Shown: positions 18,172 to 28,287, counted from the first letter of the stretch. The stretch is DNA of 64,000 bases from Candidatus Poribacteria bacterium (GCA_965205015.1 OZ242029.1:4608001-4672000), one strand, 5' to 3'. The notes: generated by a model from the sequence alone, not told the origin. Numbers and translations are program-made.

Positions 18172-18909
18172 ATGATGAATAAACAGAAGTTACAGGCGAT
18201 CATAGAAGGAAACATCGTTAGCGGAATAATCCAGTTCCTGATTCTCGCTTCCGCTGTCGTCTTTGTGCTGGAATCTGATAGTGAGGATCCGCATGCCCCT
18301 CATTTCATTGTGCTGGACTCGGTATTTTTTGGTTTATTTTCGATCGAATATATCCTACGAGTTTATATGGAACCCAGAAAGCGGGATTTCATTTTCAGTT
18401 TCTATGGCATCATAGACTTACTCGCTATTTTACCGTCTCTGTTCCTTTTACCGGGGTTCCGTGTACTGAGAATACTGCGATTCCTACGAATTTTCAGAAT
18501 CTTCAAAGCGACCCGATTTATCCTTGCAGTAGATCGGCTCACCGAAGCATTGAATGAAATCCGGCGAGAACTCTTAGCATTGGTTATTCTGTCATTGATG
18601 TTAGTCTATCTCGCGGCGTGTGGTATCCACTATTTTGAAAGAAATGTACAACCCGCGGAATTCGGAACCATTCTTGATTCCATGTGGTGGGCTATCGTGA
18701 CGTTAACAACAGTCGGTTATGGAGATGTCTATCCGATAACACCGGGGGGAAAAATTTTCACGGCTCTCGTCACTCTTGTTGGGGTGGGATTAATCGCGAT
18801 TCCGTCCGGACTCTTAGCTTCAGTTTTAACGGAAGCACGGGTGGAACGTAAAAAAGAAGAAAGCGAAGAAAACGTGGAAAATAGATCCACGGAAGGCATC
18901 GACAAATAG
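18172..18909 (+). CDS. 6-TM voltage-gated potassium channel (Ion_trans)
   Basis: S4-like RVLRILRFLRIFR, selectivity filter TTVGYGD. Confidence 0.92.
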   Translation: MMNKQKLQAIIEGNIVSGIIQFLILASAVVFVLESDSEDPHAPHFIVLDSVFFGLFSIEYILRVYMEPRKRDFIFSFYGIIDLLAILPSLFLLPGFRVLRILRFLRIFRIFKATRFILAVDRLTEALNEIRRELLALVILSLMLVYLAACGIHYFERNVQPAEFGTILDSMWWAIVTLTTVGYGDVYPITPGGKIFTALVTLVGVGLIAIPSGLLASVLTEARVERKKEESEENVENRSTEGIDK

Positions 18910-18911
18910 AC

Positions 18912-19697
18912 ATGAACTCAAATAGTCAGAATGGATCGCAAACGACACCTATAATTGAGGTTACCGACCTGAAGGTGCACTATGGAAATAAATCCGCCCT
19001 GAACGGCGTCTCATTTGATGTATACCAGCACGAGATTCTCGGTATCATCGGTCCTGCGCAATCCGGTAAGACGACACTCCTGAAAGTTATCAATAGGACC
19101 CTGGAATTTACACCGGACACAACCGTAGAAGGATCTGTAAAACTCGATGGTGAAGATATTAGCACAATTGGCGATGTATACGGCTTACGCCGACGTATCG
19201 GTATGGTTCAGCCTTTACCGGTAGGGCTGCCGCTTTCCATATATGATAACGTCGCTTTTGCCCCTCGCACAGCAGGGGTTCGCTCAAAATCGGAATTAGA
19301 CGAAATCGTTGAACGGTGTTTACAGCAAGCGGCACTGTGGGAAGAGGTCAAGGACCGGTTGAACACGCTCGGTACTCAATTATCAGGGGGACAACAACAA
19401 CGCTTGACGATCGCTCGTGCGCTTTCGCATCAACCAGACATTCTCTGTCTTGACGAATTTTCAATCGCCGTCGACCCTGTTACAACGATGCGTATCGAAG
19501 AAGTGCTTAAAACTTTACAAACGGAAATGACGATTTTGCTCGTCACGAATTTGGTGCAACAGGCGAAACGGTTGGCGAATCGCACCGCCTTTTTTCTCAA
19601 CGGGGACCTCATTGAGATTGATACAACAGATATAATTTTCTCTGAAAACCCGTCAGAGCAAGCGACGTATGACTATGTGAACGGGACTTTTGGCTAA
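18912..19697 (+). CDS. pstB: Phosphate ABC transporter ATP-binding protein, copy 1
   Basis: GPAQSGKT, LSGGQQQR, LCLDE; H-loop His replaced (VTNL). Confidence 0.85.
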   Translation: MNSNSQNGSQTTPIIEVTDLKVHYGNKSALNGVSFDVYQHEILGIIGPAQSGKTTLLKVINRTLEFTPDTTVEGSVKLDGEDISTIGDVYGLRRRIGMVQPLPVGLPLSIYDNVAFAPRTAGVRSKSELDEIVERCLQQAALWEEVKDRLNTLGTQLSGGQQQRLTIARALSHQPDILCLDEFSIAVDPVTTMRIEEVLKTLQTEMTILLVTNLVQQAKRLANRTAFFLNGDLIEIDTTDIIFSENPSEQATYDYVNGTFG

Positions 19698-19845
19698 AAG
19701 TCAGCAGTCGTCAATCCGTATGAAGTTGTTTTTCAACGCAAAGCGATCATTTTTGCGAAAAACTTGGTGTGTTCCGTAACATTTTCGGCAGGCAGATGCA
19801 CAGGCTAACGGTCTCCTATGCTCCAAACTGACAACTCATAAAAAT

Positions 19846-20610
19846 ATGAATTATAGCATTGAAACTGAAAATCTCAGTCTCTGGTATGGTGATTTCCAGG
19901 CACTCATTGATGTGAACGTGAAGATACGGGACGGTCAAATAACTTCGCTTATCGGTCCTTCTGGATGCGGGAAATCAACGCTGCTGCGCTGCTTCAACCG
20001 CGTCAATGAACGCTACGGCAATGTTACGACAAACGGAAAAATTGAGGTTCTCGGAAAAAACATCTATGATGAAGATGTCTCCTTGCCAGAACTCCGAAAA
20101 GCCGTCGGTATGGTATTCCAAAGACCGAATCCATTACCGATTTCAGTTTACGAAAATATATTGTTCGGTCTGCGGATTCACTCTCCAACGCGGCGTATAA
20201 CACGGACAGAATCAGATCAGATTGTTGAAGAAGCCCTTACATCCGTCTTCCTTTGGGAGGATCTGAAGGACAAATTGAAGGTGCGAGCGACCTCACTTCA
20301 ACTTGAACAGCAGCAAAAACTCTGTATCGCGCGTTTGCTGCCCCTGAAACCCAAAATCATTCTGATGGATGAACCCTGCTCCGCCTTAGACACGGAAGGC
20401 ACATTTGCTGTTGAGGAATTAATGGAAGCCCTTGCAGGAACATATACATTCCTTATTGTAACTCACAACATGGCACAAGCACGCCGAGTGAGTAAGGAGT
20501 GTATCTACATGTTTCTCGGAGAACTGATTGAACACAGAGAAACACAAGCACTCTTTGAAACACCCCAACATCCTAAGACAGCGGATTACGTACAAATGCG
20601 GTACGGATAA
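19846..20610 (+). CDS. pstB: Phosphate ABC transporter ATP-binding protein, copy 2
   Basis: GPSGCGKS, GMVFQRPNP, DEPCSALD, VTHN; signature degenerate (LQLEQQQK). Confidence 0.88.
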   Translation: MNYSIETENLSLWYGDFQALIDVNVKIRDGQITSLIGPSGCGKSTLLRCFNRVNERYGNVTTNGKIEVLGKNIYDEDVSLPELRKAVGMVFQRPNPLPISVYENILFGLRIHSPTRRITRTESDQIVEEALTSVFLWEDLKDKLKVRATSLQLEQQQKLCIARLLPLKPKIILMDEPCSALDTEGTFAVEELMEALAGTYTFLIVTHNMAQARRVSKECIYMFLGELIEHRETQALFETPQHPKTADYVQMRYG

Positions 20611-20694
20611 GAATAGCCATCCGCCGCCAGTAGGATATCCCTTGTAGTTGTCTTCGTCGACAATTGCCGACAGCCGTCAGTCGATAACGATATT

Positions 20695-21534
20695 ATGAAT
20701 TCTTCGATGATTCGTTCAGAACTCAGAAAAAAAATCGCTTTGCAGGGTGTCGCTGTCATTATAGTAGGAGCCGCGCTGATTTTCTTTTGGAATGACTTAA
20801 AAAAAACAGTGATGGCTCACAGTCAAACGTCGTCAGCATCTCGGATATACAGCATCGTGCCGAGTCTGCTTAGCGATCTCAATTTAATTCTGCTCATTAG
20901 CCTTTTGGCAGTTTTATTCGGGGTAGCCTGCGCTTTTTACTTAGAGGAATGGCTTTCAGCGACAAGTTGGGTTCGGCGTTTCATCGAAAGCCAAGTCGCC
21001 TTTTTGATTGAAATTCCTTCACTTTTGTACGGGCTTTTAGCGGTCGCGGTTCTTTTTCACTACACCGGCGTTTTCAAAGAGATTGGAACGCCTCTTCCTG
21101 TCCAGAATGGGACCGAATCTGGATTAGAAGTCGTTGTCTTTCAGCGGAATACGACAATGTTTGCCGCAGAGGTGTTAATTTTTATTTTACTGGTAATGCC
21201 AATAGCAATCAAAACGACCCAAGAGGCACTTCGATCGGTTGCGACGCCAATCCGTGAATCCGCTTACGTGTTAGGTGCCAATCAATGGCAAGTATTAGGA
21301 AAACAGATCGTGCCGCTTGCCTTTCCGAGGATGCTTGCTGGCGGATGTCGAGCACTGTCGCGAGCACTCGCCGTAGCTGCACTACTTATCGGTATCCACA
21401 TCCCCAACCATACACCAGGTACCAGAGGCATACCGGACAGATTCATGTTATTTTTAGTAGGCGCACTGCTATTGAGTACTATTTCCAGCTTCCTAATAGA
21501 GGTATACGATCCCGCCACAACCCGACACGATTAA
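20695..21534 (+). CDS. Divergent PstA-like permease
   Basis: AFYLEEW, IPSLLYGL, TTQEALRSV...RESAYVLGANQWQ. Confidence 0.75.
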   Translation: MNSSMIRSELRKKIALQGVAVIIVGAALIFFWNDLKKTVMAHSQTSSASRIYSIVPSLLSDLNLILLISLLAVLFGVACAFYLEEWLSATSWVRRFIESQVAFLIEIPSLLYGLLAVAVLFHYTGVFKEIGTPLPVQNGTESGLEVVVFQRNTTMFAAEVLIFILLVMPIAIKTTQEALRSVATPIRESAYVLGANQWQVLGKQIVPLAFPRMLAGGCRALSRALAVAALLIGIHIPNHTPGTRGIPDRFMLFLVGALLLSTISSFLIEVYDPATTRHD

Positions 21535-21586
21535 CTGCTACGAGATAAATGGAGGCGCGAATCCAAAATTTCTCGCGATACCAGCG

Positions 21587-22357
21587 ATGCAAACCGAACA
21601 AAGAGACCCCATCTTGAGCATCCATAATCTAAATGTATGGTATGGCGAGAATCAGATTCTGAACTCCGTCTCATTTGAGGTACAACCGAGACAGGTAACC
21701 GCTCTCATTGGTCCTGCTAATTGTGGTAAAAGCACACTCGTACGGTGCTTCAATCGTTTAAATGACTTTACGCCGAATTTCAGGTTCACTGGCGAAATAC
21801 TTTTTAAGGGCAGTGACATGTATGCGGACAAGACAGATGTCACCGCGCTTCGAAAAAAGATTGGCATGGTGTTCCGAAAACCTGAACCCTTCCGGTGTTC
21901 CATCTACGAAAATGTGGCATACGGGGCTCGGATCTCGGGCATCAATCAAACTTCACAGTTGGAGACCATTGTTCAGAAAAGCCTCCAAAAATCAGGGCTC
22001 TGGAATGAAGTTGAGCCTATTTTGCACGGGAATCCAGAACAACTCTCTATAGGACAGCAACAACTTCTCTGTATCGCACGTGCTTTAGCGGTTGAACCAG
22101 AAATCTTAATACTTGATGAGCCGTGTGGCGAATTAGACCCGATCGAAACCGTTAAAATCGAGACCCTCGTGCGGAATCTCATAAACGATTGCACGCTTAT
22201 TTTCGTTACCAATAAAAGAAGGCAGGCGGCTCGCATCTCAGATGTCGCGGGACTCCTCTACCGCGGCGAATTAATCGAATTCGGAACGACAGAGAAACTC
22301 TTTACAAATCCACAAGATACCAGAACAGAGCAATATGTGACAGGAAGATTAGGCTGA
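21587..22357 (+). CDS. pstB: Phosphate ABC transporter ATP-binding protein, copy 3 (divergent)
   Basis: GPANCGKS, LSIGQQQ, ILDEP, TEQYVTGRLG; Q-loop Q to R (MVFRKP) and H-loop H to N (VTNK). Confidence 0.8.
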   Translation: MQTEQRDPILSIHNLNVWYGENQILNSVSFEVQPRQVTALIGPANCGKSTLVRCFNRLNDFTPNFRFTGEILFKGSDMYADKTDVTALRKKIGMVFRKPEPFRCSIYENVAYGARISGINQTSQLETIVQKSLQKSGLWNEVEPILHGNPEQLSIGQQQLLCIARALAVEPEILILDEPCGELDPIETVKIETLVRNLINDCTLIFVTNKRRQAARISDVAGLLYRGELIEFGTTEKLFTNPQDTRTEQYVTGRLG

Positions 22358-22474
22358 TTTTTAAATTAAACAGAACTTAAGCAGCATCCTTTGCTGGCGA
22401 GGTTTGAAACCTCGCCAGCGGCGTGTGGGCAGAGCAATATGTGACAGGAAGATTAGGCTGATTTTTAAATTAAA
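22326..22474. repeat. Perfect 45-bp direct repeat of the pstB3 3' end flanking a 59-bp insert with a 13-bp inverted repeat
   Basis: cagagcaatatgtgacaggaagattaggctgatttttaaattaaa at 22326-22370 and 22430-22474; gctggcgaggttt-g-aaacctcgccagc at 22393-22419. Confidence 0.9.
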
Positions 22475-22477
22475 ATT

Positions 22478-23119
22478 ATGTTAGAACACGAAATCAAGGG
22501 ACTTCAGCATAAAATCTTGGAAATGGCAGGACTTGCAGAACAGATGCTGCGGCAAGCCATTGAATCCGTCTTAACACGAGATCGCGCGTTGGCTCACGTC
22601 GTTGTTGCTACAGACGATAAAATTGATTTGTTTGAAAACGAGATCGAATCCTTGTGTATTCAACTGATCGCCCTCCATCAACCGGTAGCCATAGAACTCC
22701 GCTTTCTCACAACAGCGATGAAGGTTAACCAGAACATTGAAAGGATAGCGGATAAAAGCGTTGCGATCGCCAAACGGAGCATCGAGTTGTCGGAACACCC
22801 GCCGGTCAAACCGTTCGTAGACCTACCATACGTCGCACAAGTGATTCAAGCAATGGTGAAAGACACTATAGATGCCTTCGTCAATCGGAATGCTGAACAT
22901 GCCTTAGAAATCCGAGAGCGGGACAATGAGGTAGACGAGATTTATGAAAGAATGCTCCACGAACTCTTGACGATTTTAAGCGAACATCCGAGACTTATCC
23001 AACCGGGTATCAGCCTCCTCCTCCTTTTTCGGCATTTGGAACGGATAGGCGACCTGGCGGCAAATATTGCTGAGGAGGTCTACTATCTCGTCAAAGGCGA
23101 TGTCATTCGGCACACCTAA
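22478..23119 (+). CDS. phoU: Phosphate transport regulator PhoU
   Basis: HQPVAIELR, ERIADK, LERIGDLAANIAE. Confidence 0.95.
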   Translation: MLEHEIKGLQHKILEMAGLAEQMLRQAIESVLTRDRALAHVVVATDDKIDLFENEIESLCIQLIALHQPVAIELRFLTTAMKVNQNIERIADKSVAIAKRSIELSEHPPVKPFVDLPYVAQVIQAMVKDTIDAFVNRNAEHALEIRERDNEVDEIYERMLHELLTILSEHPRLIQPGISLLLLFRHLERIGDLAANIAEEVYYLVKGDVIRHT

Positions 23120-23142
23120 GAATAGCGGTCAGCAGCAGTCTG

Positions 23143-23166
23143 TCGGGAATCGGAGTTCCCTCCTAC
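23143..23166 (-). repeat. GTAG-type REP palindrome between convergent phoU and mscS
   Basis: Minus strand GTAGGAGGGAACTCCGATTCCCGA. Confidence 0.65.
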
Positions 23167-23202
23167 AGGGGATCCCTTGTGGTGAGCGCCCTGCCTACAG
23201 TC

Positions 23203-24408
23203 CTACTGCTGTTCAAACGGCTGCTCGGTGTCGGTTGGATACAAATGGACATCCCGTTGTGGGAAAGGGATCCTAACGCCATGCTCCTTAAATTTGTCCC
23301 AAATCATAAAATGGAGATCGCTTGCAATATCAAAACGTTGAAAACAATCGGGAATCCACGCCAACAATTCAAAATCCAAGGACGATTCCCCAAAGGCAGT
23401 GAAGCGGACAAACGGGGCGGAGACGTTTTCCATATCAGGATTGGGTTCTTTAATTATCTCCGGATGCGCGTGGGCGACTTCAAGAAGGACCTTTTTCACA
23501 AGTTCCACATCCGAATTGTATGATACACCCACCGAAATCTGAAGACGATACCGGTTGTTATAGTGGGTAAGATTATGAACCGGTTCCGTAATCAATTGAG
23601 AATTCGGGACGATAATTTCCTTTTCATCAAGTGCGACGATAATCGTTGAACGGAGATTGATGCTGCCGACCCTCCCAAATATGTTAACGTCCATAATCTC
23701 CACGAGATCCCCGATTTTGATAGGACGTTCAAAAATCAGAATGAACCCAGAAACGAGATTTGAGGCGATATTCTGTAAGCCGAAACCGATACCGATACTC
23801 AACCCCCCGAAAATCAATGCCACACTCGTGAAACTCACCCCGATGGTGCTGAGACTGATAATGACGCCGATGATGATAAGACTAAAGTGAAGGGAACGGA
23901 GTAGGATAAATTGGGTATGCGCCTCAATTTGAAACGCCTGTAACACCTGTCGCCGCATCACCCATTGGACATATTTTGAGAGAATAAACATCCCGAAGAC
24001 AATTACAAACCCATAAAAAAGTCTCGCCAACGTTAATTTCGCTACATCTGTAGTGGCATCGGTCTCCCCAAGTTTCTGAGGCGGTTGAAAAAGGTCGGTA
24101 AGCGGATAATCAAAAAGTTTACCAAAGACCCCAGTGCTAATCCCTGCGAACCGGAATGCCAAACCGATCCCAAAAATCAGTACGACCAGAAATAGGAGGG
24201 CAAGTAATCGATTTCTGAGACTTTGTGGTATTCCGAGCCTATCGAAAAGACGCCGGAACCATCGGCGCAAAAAGCCTGCGATTGTCAATGTGGCTGCCAA
24301 AGTGACAATTAACCCAACAATTTGGATGATTTTTACAGGTTCCTCACCTAAAGTGATGACCCGTGTTTGAAGTAAATCAAGAACTTGTGGAATCAACTCA
24401 TTCATCAA
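23203..24408 (-). CDS. mscS: MscS-family mechanosensitive channel
   Basis: IGIGFGLQNIASNLVSG, ERPIKIGD, IVPNS, IPFPQRD. Confidence 0.92.
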   Translation of the reverse strand: MMNELIPQVLDLLQTRVITLGEEPVKIIQIVGLIVTLAATLTIAGFLRRWFRRLFDRLGIPQSLRNRLLALLFLVVLIFGIGLAFRFAGISTGVFGKLFDYPLTDLFQPPQKLGETDATTDVAKLTLARLFYGFVIVFGMFILSKYVQWVMRRQVLQAFQIEAHTQFILLRSLHFSLIIIGVIISLSTIGVSFTSVALIFGGLSIGIGFGLQNIASNLVSGFILIFERPIKIGDLVEIMDVNIFGRVGSINLRSTIIVALDEKEIIVPNSQLITEPVHNLTHYNNRYRLQISVGVSYNSDVELVKKVLLEVAHAHPEIIKEPNPDMENVSAPFVRFTAFGESSLDFELLAWIPDCFQRFDIASDLHFMIWDKFKEHGVRIPFPQRDVHLYPTDTEQPFEQQ

Positions 24409-24420
24409 GCCCTACCTCTA

Positions 24421-26712
24421 TTAATCAATTGAAATCTGTTCAATTGCGTGAACAAACAACACGTCGTTGGCAGCCCCATAGGCTCGCAGCGTTTCCGCCA
24501 ATTTTTCAGAGTCAAGTTCTGCGCCTGTTAATCCCGCAATAACCAAATCGCTCTGAGACGACCGATGCTCTACCTCCTGTTCCAAAGCCTCCTGACTGCT
24601 GTAAGACACAGAAGTCACGTTATGCCTTGAAATCGGCAGTCGTCCTTCCTCCATTAGCATCGACAACCTGTTTGCTTCACGCACAGCGTCCGTTGCCTCG
24701 GAACAAGCAAAAAGTCGGATTTCAGCACGCCTCCAATCTGGGTGTCCAACAATGATATATGCAAGCAACAGCATCATCGGGGCATTTTTCAAGTTGTCCT
24801 CCGTCACCCACACGTCAATCAAAGAGCGATATCCAAAGCGATATCCGGTTGTTCGCAGGACCAAGACATTGAACAAGGAACTCGCGACCAGACGTATTCC
24901 TTCCTTAACCTCTTCAATCTCGTCAGGAGTGTCCCGATCGAACTCAAGGAGCACACAATTATTTGGCAATCCTGAAATTCCGGGCATTTGCAATATTTGT
25001 GCCAGCGCGAGTTTAAACGTCGGACAAATGACGGAATCGACGAAGATACCGGCTCTACTGACTTCTGTTCTTTTAATCAATTCATCCACATGGACCCGTG
25101 CCTGGAGTTCGCTGGAAAACGAGTAGTCCCCATGGAACAGACGGATGAAGTGCCCAAACCCGTGCCTGTGGCAAATCCAACGGAGCAAATCGAAATGTCC
25201 AAGTCGTCGTTCACCGAATCGGGTCACAGCGACAATCGAGGGGCGCCATCCCCCTTCAGACGAAATGACCCGACTTTTCTGCAAAGTAATCTGCAGCCAC
25301 CGGGTTAATTGAAACATCGTTCCTTGGAAGATTGCCGTCAAGTCGCGATGTCCCTTGTGGACTCTACGGAGCCCGAGGTAGGTCACCGCCATGAGTCCAA
25401 TTGAGATAAACGCATAGAGCGCGCTTATTTGGAACATCATCAAACCGCACATGACAGTCCCTAACAGAGATAAGTACCAGCGAGAATGGAAGGTAGGCCG
25501 ATAGGACGGATTGCTTGCAAAATGCTCAAGGAATGACACCGCACAGAGTGCACCGTATGTTACCATAAAGAACATCGTTAGGATCCGTGCGATAAAGTCC
25601 AATTCACCGATTGCCACAAACACGATGGCAATTATGCCGGATACAAATGTCGCATATACAGGTTCCTGCGACTCGCCTGCCCCTTTCTCCATAAGGCGGT
25701 TCAGCTGCGGAATAGGTAGCACATTGTCTCGGGCAAGCATTTGCAATGTTCTCGGAGCCACCATAATTGATCCAAGAGCAGAGGAGAACGCGGCAGCCCC
25801 CAATCCGACGTAGATAGCAGGCCCCCAGAGAGAAATTTTTGCCATGATAAACTCATCCCCATCAAGCACCTCAGGCGTCGCACTCTGTCCGAGCTTAATA
25901 GCGACCAGTACATAGATGACCATACCCGCAAATGTCGCAGCGATTGTGCCAAGTGGTATACTTCTTTGAGGGTTTTTCAGATCACCGGATAATCCGAGTC
26001 CTGCAATCATACCGGTGAAAGCAGGGAAGCATGTCGCAAAAACCACACCAAAACCATCAGGATTCTCGATACGTGCTGTAAGATTCAATCCGTCGGGTCG
26101 AATGGATTCAGCCCCTTGCCCAAACAGGAACGAAAATATTGAGACTGCGAGGATCGCACACACGACCCACAGCAGTCGAACCCCGATATCAGCTCCCTTC
26201 GTTAGCATCAGCACAAGCATCATAACAGTGAAAGGAAGACTTATCCAGCGAGGGTCAGGAATCAACCCATACGTCGTCGCGACCCAGTCATAAACAGGTT
26301 GAAAAGATTGCGCGAACGCCACAATATAAAAAGCGACCGAGATCGCTTGGGAGATATACAACGCAATTCCAATAGAACCTCCGATACTCTCACCAAAGGA
26401 TCGACTCACAATATAGTATGCGCCCCCCCCCGCCACGCGACGGTTCGTCGCAATTTCAGACACCGCCAGAACCGTCGGAACCGTCACAAGATGCCCAAGG
26501 GCTATGACCATGAGGCTCCCCCAGAGCCCCACATGTGCAACGGCGTAACCGAATCGCAAGAAGAGAATAGCCCCGAGGATAGTACTCACCGAAGCCAGGA
26601 ATACAGGAGCGGTCCCAAAACCGTGCCCGTGTTGGGAACCCGAAGCATCACTGCCCAGTTGAGATTCGGATTGTTGTCCAGGGTTTGAAAACATCGTCAA
26701 TTTTCCTTTCAT
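24421..26712 (-). CDS. APC-superfamily transporter, cation-chloride cotransporter (SLC12-like) architecture
   Basis: ILGAILFLR, GGGAYYIVSRS, FPAFTGMIAGLGLSGDLKNP, NPSYRPTF, cytosolic C-terminal domain WRPS...IDVW. Confidence 0.88.
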   Translation of the reverse strand: MKGKLTMFSNPGQQSESQLGSDASGSQHGHGFGTAPVFLASVSTILGAILFLRFGYAVAHVGLWGSLMVIALGHLVTVPTVLAVSEIATNRRVAGGGAYYIVSRSFGESIGGSIGIALYISQAISVAFYIVAFAQSFQPVYDWVATTYGLIPDPRWISLPFTVMMLVLMLTKGADIGVRLLWVVCAILAVSIFSFLFGQGAESIRPDGLNLTARIENPDGFGVVFATCFPAFTGMIAGLGLSGDLKNPQRSIPLGTIAATFAGMVIYVLVAIKLGQSATPEVLDGDEFIMAKISLWGPAIYVGLGAAAFSSALGSIMVAPRTLQMLARDNVLPIPQLNRLMEKGAGESQEPVYATFVSGIIAIVFVAIGELDFIARILTMFFMVTYGALCAVSFLEHFASNPSYRPTFHSRWYLSLLGTVMCGLMMFQISALYAFISIGLMAVTYLGLRRVHKGHRDLTAIFQGTMFQLTRWLQITLQKSRVISSEGGWRPSIVAVTRFGERRLGHFDLLRWICHRHGFGHFIRLFHGDYSFSSELQARVHVDELIKRTEVSRAGIFVDSVICPTFKLALAQILQMPGISGLPNNCVLLEFDRDTPDEIEEVKEGIRLVASSLFNVLVLRTTGYRFGYRSLIDVWVTEDNLKNAPMMLLLAYIIVGHPDWRRAEIRLFACSEATDAVREANRLSMLMEEGRLPISRHNVTSVSYSSQEALEQEVEHRSSQSDLVIAGLTGAELDSEKLAETLRAYGAANDVLFVHAIEQISID

Positions 26713-26728
26713 TCAAGGCACGACATTA

Positions 26729-27055
26729 CTACACTGTAACGCGCAGCACTGATAAACATGTGTAGTGCCATGTCTCTGTTAACGGTTCACTATTATAAGT
26801 CATAGCGCCACTTAAGCGCAACCTTAATCGAGTAGATAGACGCAATGTGATAGCAGGCTCTGCTGAAAATGTGAAGTTCTTGAAACCCACCTCTGGTGCG
26901 AATTTTAACGCCGTATTGAGCCTTCGCCGTCCGATAGATGAAAATACCAACCCCCGGTGGGTAGTCATATAGTAATCATATCCACTAACAGCGTATTTGT
27001 CAAACGAAACTGAGAAGCAACATCGTTTTCAATTTGCCCAAAAAACGTATCCATG
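26729..27055 (-). pseudogene. Possible frameshifted remnant of a DUF481-like beta-barrel gene
   Basis: C-terminal strands EPAITLRLSTRLRLRLSGAMTYNSEP resemble the 6645-7508 product (EGSITFRLTTKLSFPLRVNFRYDSEP); two short frames joined at an imperfect duplication (tatgattacta/tatgactacc). Confidence 0.35.
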
Positions 27056-27099
27056 ATACGATAACGCATTAGATATTTTAGCCAAAGAAGGGGAACATT

Positions 27100-28287
27100 A
27101 TGGCGGTTCAAATTGCAATCATCGGCTGTGGTGGGATGGCAAACGGTCATCTCAACGCTTATCTCACAATACACCAAACGGCACCGGGTAAAGTAGAACT
27201 CGTCGCGATGTGCGATGAAGTTAAAGACCGAGCAGATCAGTTCGCTAACCGGGTTAAAGAGGTAACGGGTAAAAAACCTGCGGTATTTGACGACACCGAC
27301 ACAATGCTTGCAACAACGGATTTAGACGGCGCAGATATTTGCACATCGCATGCACACCACCATATCAACGCCATAAAGTGCCTCAACAGTGGCGTCAACG
27401 TCATGGTGGAGAAACCGATGGGTGTCACCGTCAAAGCCAGCCATGCGATCATTGCGGCAGCAAAAGCGAACAACAAAATCGCTGCAACTGCTGAGAACAT
27501 CCGTCGAATGCCGAGTCGGCGCACTGCGGAATGGTTAATGAACGAGAAACAGATGCTCGGAGATTTACGGATGTTTTCCGCCCAACACGCCTCCTATCGG
27601 GAACCGGAGCCGCAAAGTGATTGGCACTGGCGACTCGACCTAACCCTCGGCGGCGGTGGTATGGTGATGGATTCTGGGGCGCACTATTGTGATACCATCC
27701 GCTATCTCTTCGGCGACCCAGACACCGTGTACGGACGCGTTTGTCAATTTGAGGATTTGCAAGTTACCAAAGCCGGGCAACTCGTTAAGAACGAGCAAGA
27801 GGACACTTGGGTCGCAACCATCAACTTCAAAAATGGAGTCCTCGGACTCTGGACGTGTACATGGGCAGCCGTCGGACACGACTACCATCATGTTGTCTAC
27901 TACGGTAGCGAAGGATGCCTGCTCGATGATGGCGACATCTTTCACGGTCCGTTTGATGGCGCGGAAGTGATTCTTAAAGATGGCACTCGCCATAGCATGG
28001 AAAACCTTATCAGCGAATATAGGTCAAGTCTTTCGGATGAAGAAGAAGCGCGGCTCTTTCCCCACAACTTCACCGATGGAGTCGTCCTTGAATGCTACGA
28101 TTTCGCGGATGCAATAGAAAACAACCGTCCTCCCGAACTGGATGCAGAGGTAGGGCTTCGGGCGAAATCTATCTGCGAAGCGATCTACGAGTCTAATGCC
28201 TGTGGACAGGCAGTTGACTATGAAGAGGTCGTCGCAGGCAATATTGAAGTCTACCAGAAACCGATTAACGAACGGTGGAATCTCTAA
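27100..28287 (+). CDS. Gfo/Idh/MocA family oxidoreductase
   Basis: IIGCGGMA, VEKPM, GGGMVMDSGAHYCD. Confidence 0.92.
   Translation: MAVQIAIIGCGGMANGHLNAYLTIHQTAPGKVELVAMCDEVKDRADQFANRVKEVTGKKPAVFDDTDTMLATTDLDGADICTSHAHHHINAIKCLNSGVNVMVEKPMGVTVKASHAIIAAAKANNKIAATAENIRRMPSRRTAEWLMNEKQMLGDLRMFSAQHASYREPEPQSDWHWRLDLTLGGGGMVMDSGAHYCDTIRYLFGDPDTVYGRVCQFEDLQVTKAGQLVKNEQEDTWVATINFKNGVLGLWTCTWAAVGHDYHHVVYYGSEGCLLDDGDIFHGPFDGAEVILKDGTRHSMENLISEYRSSLSDEEEARLFPHNFTDGVVLECYDFADAIENNRPPELDAEVGLRAKSICEAIYESNACGQAVDYEEVVAGNIEVYQKPINERWNL

Noticed and set aside
26423-26431. C9 homopolymer in the APC transporter
   Set aside because: Encodes the conserved GGG motif of the family; no reason to invoke phase variation.
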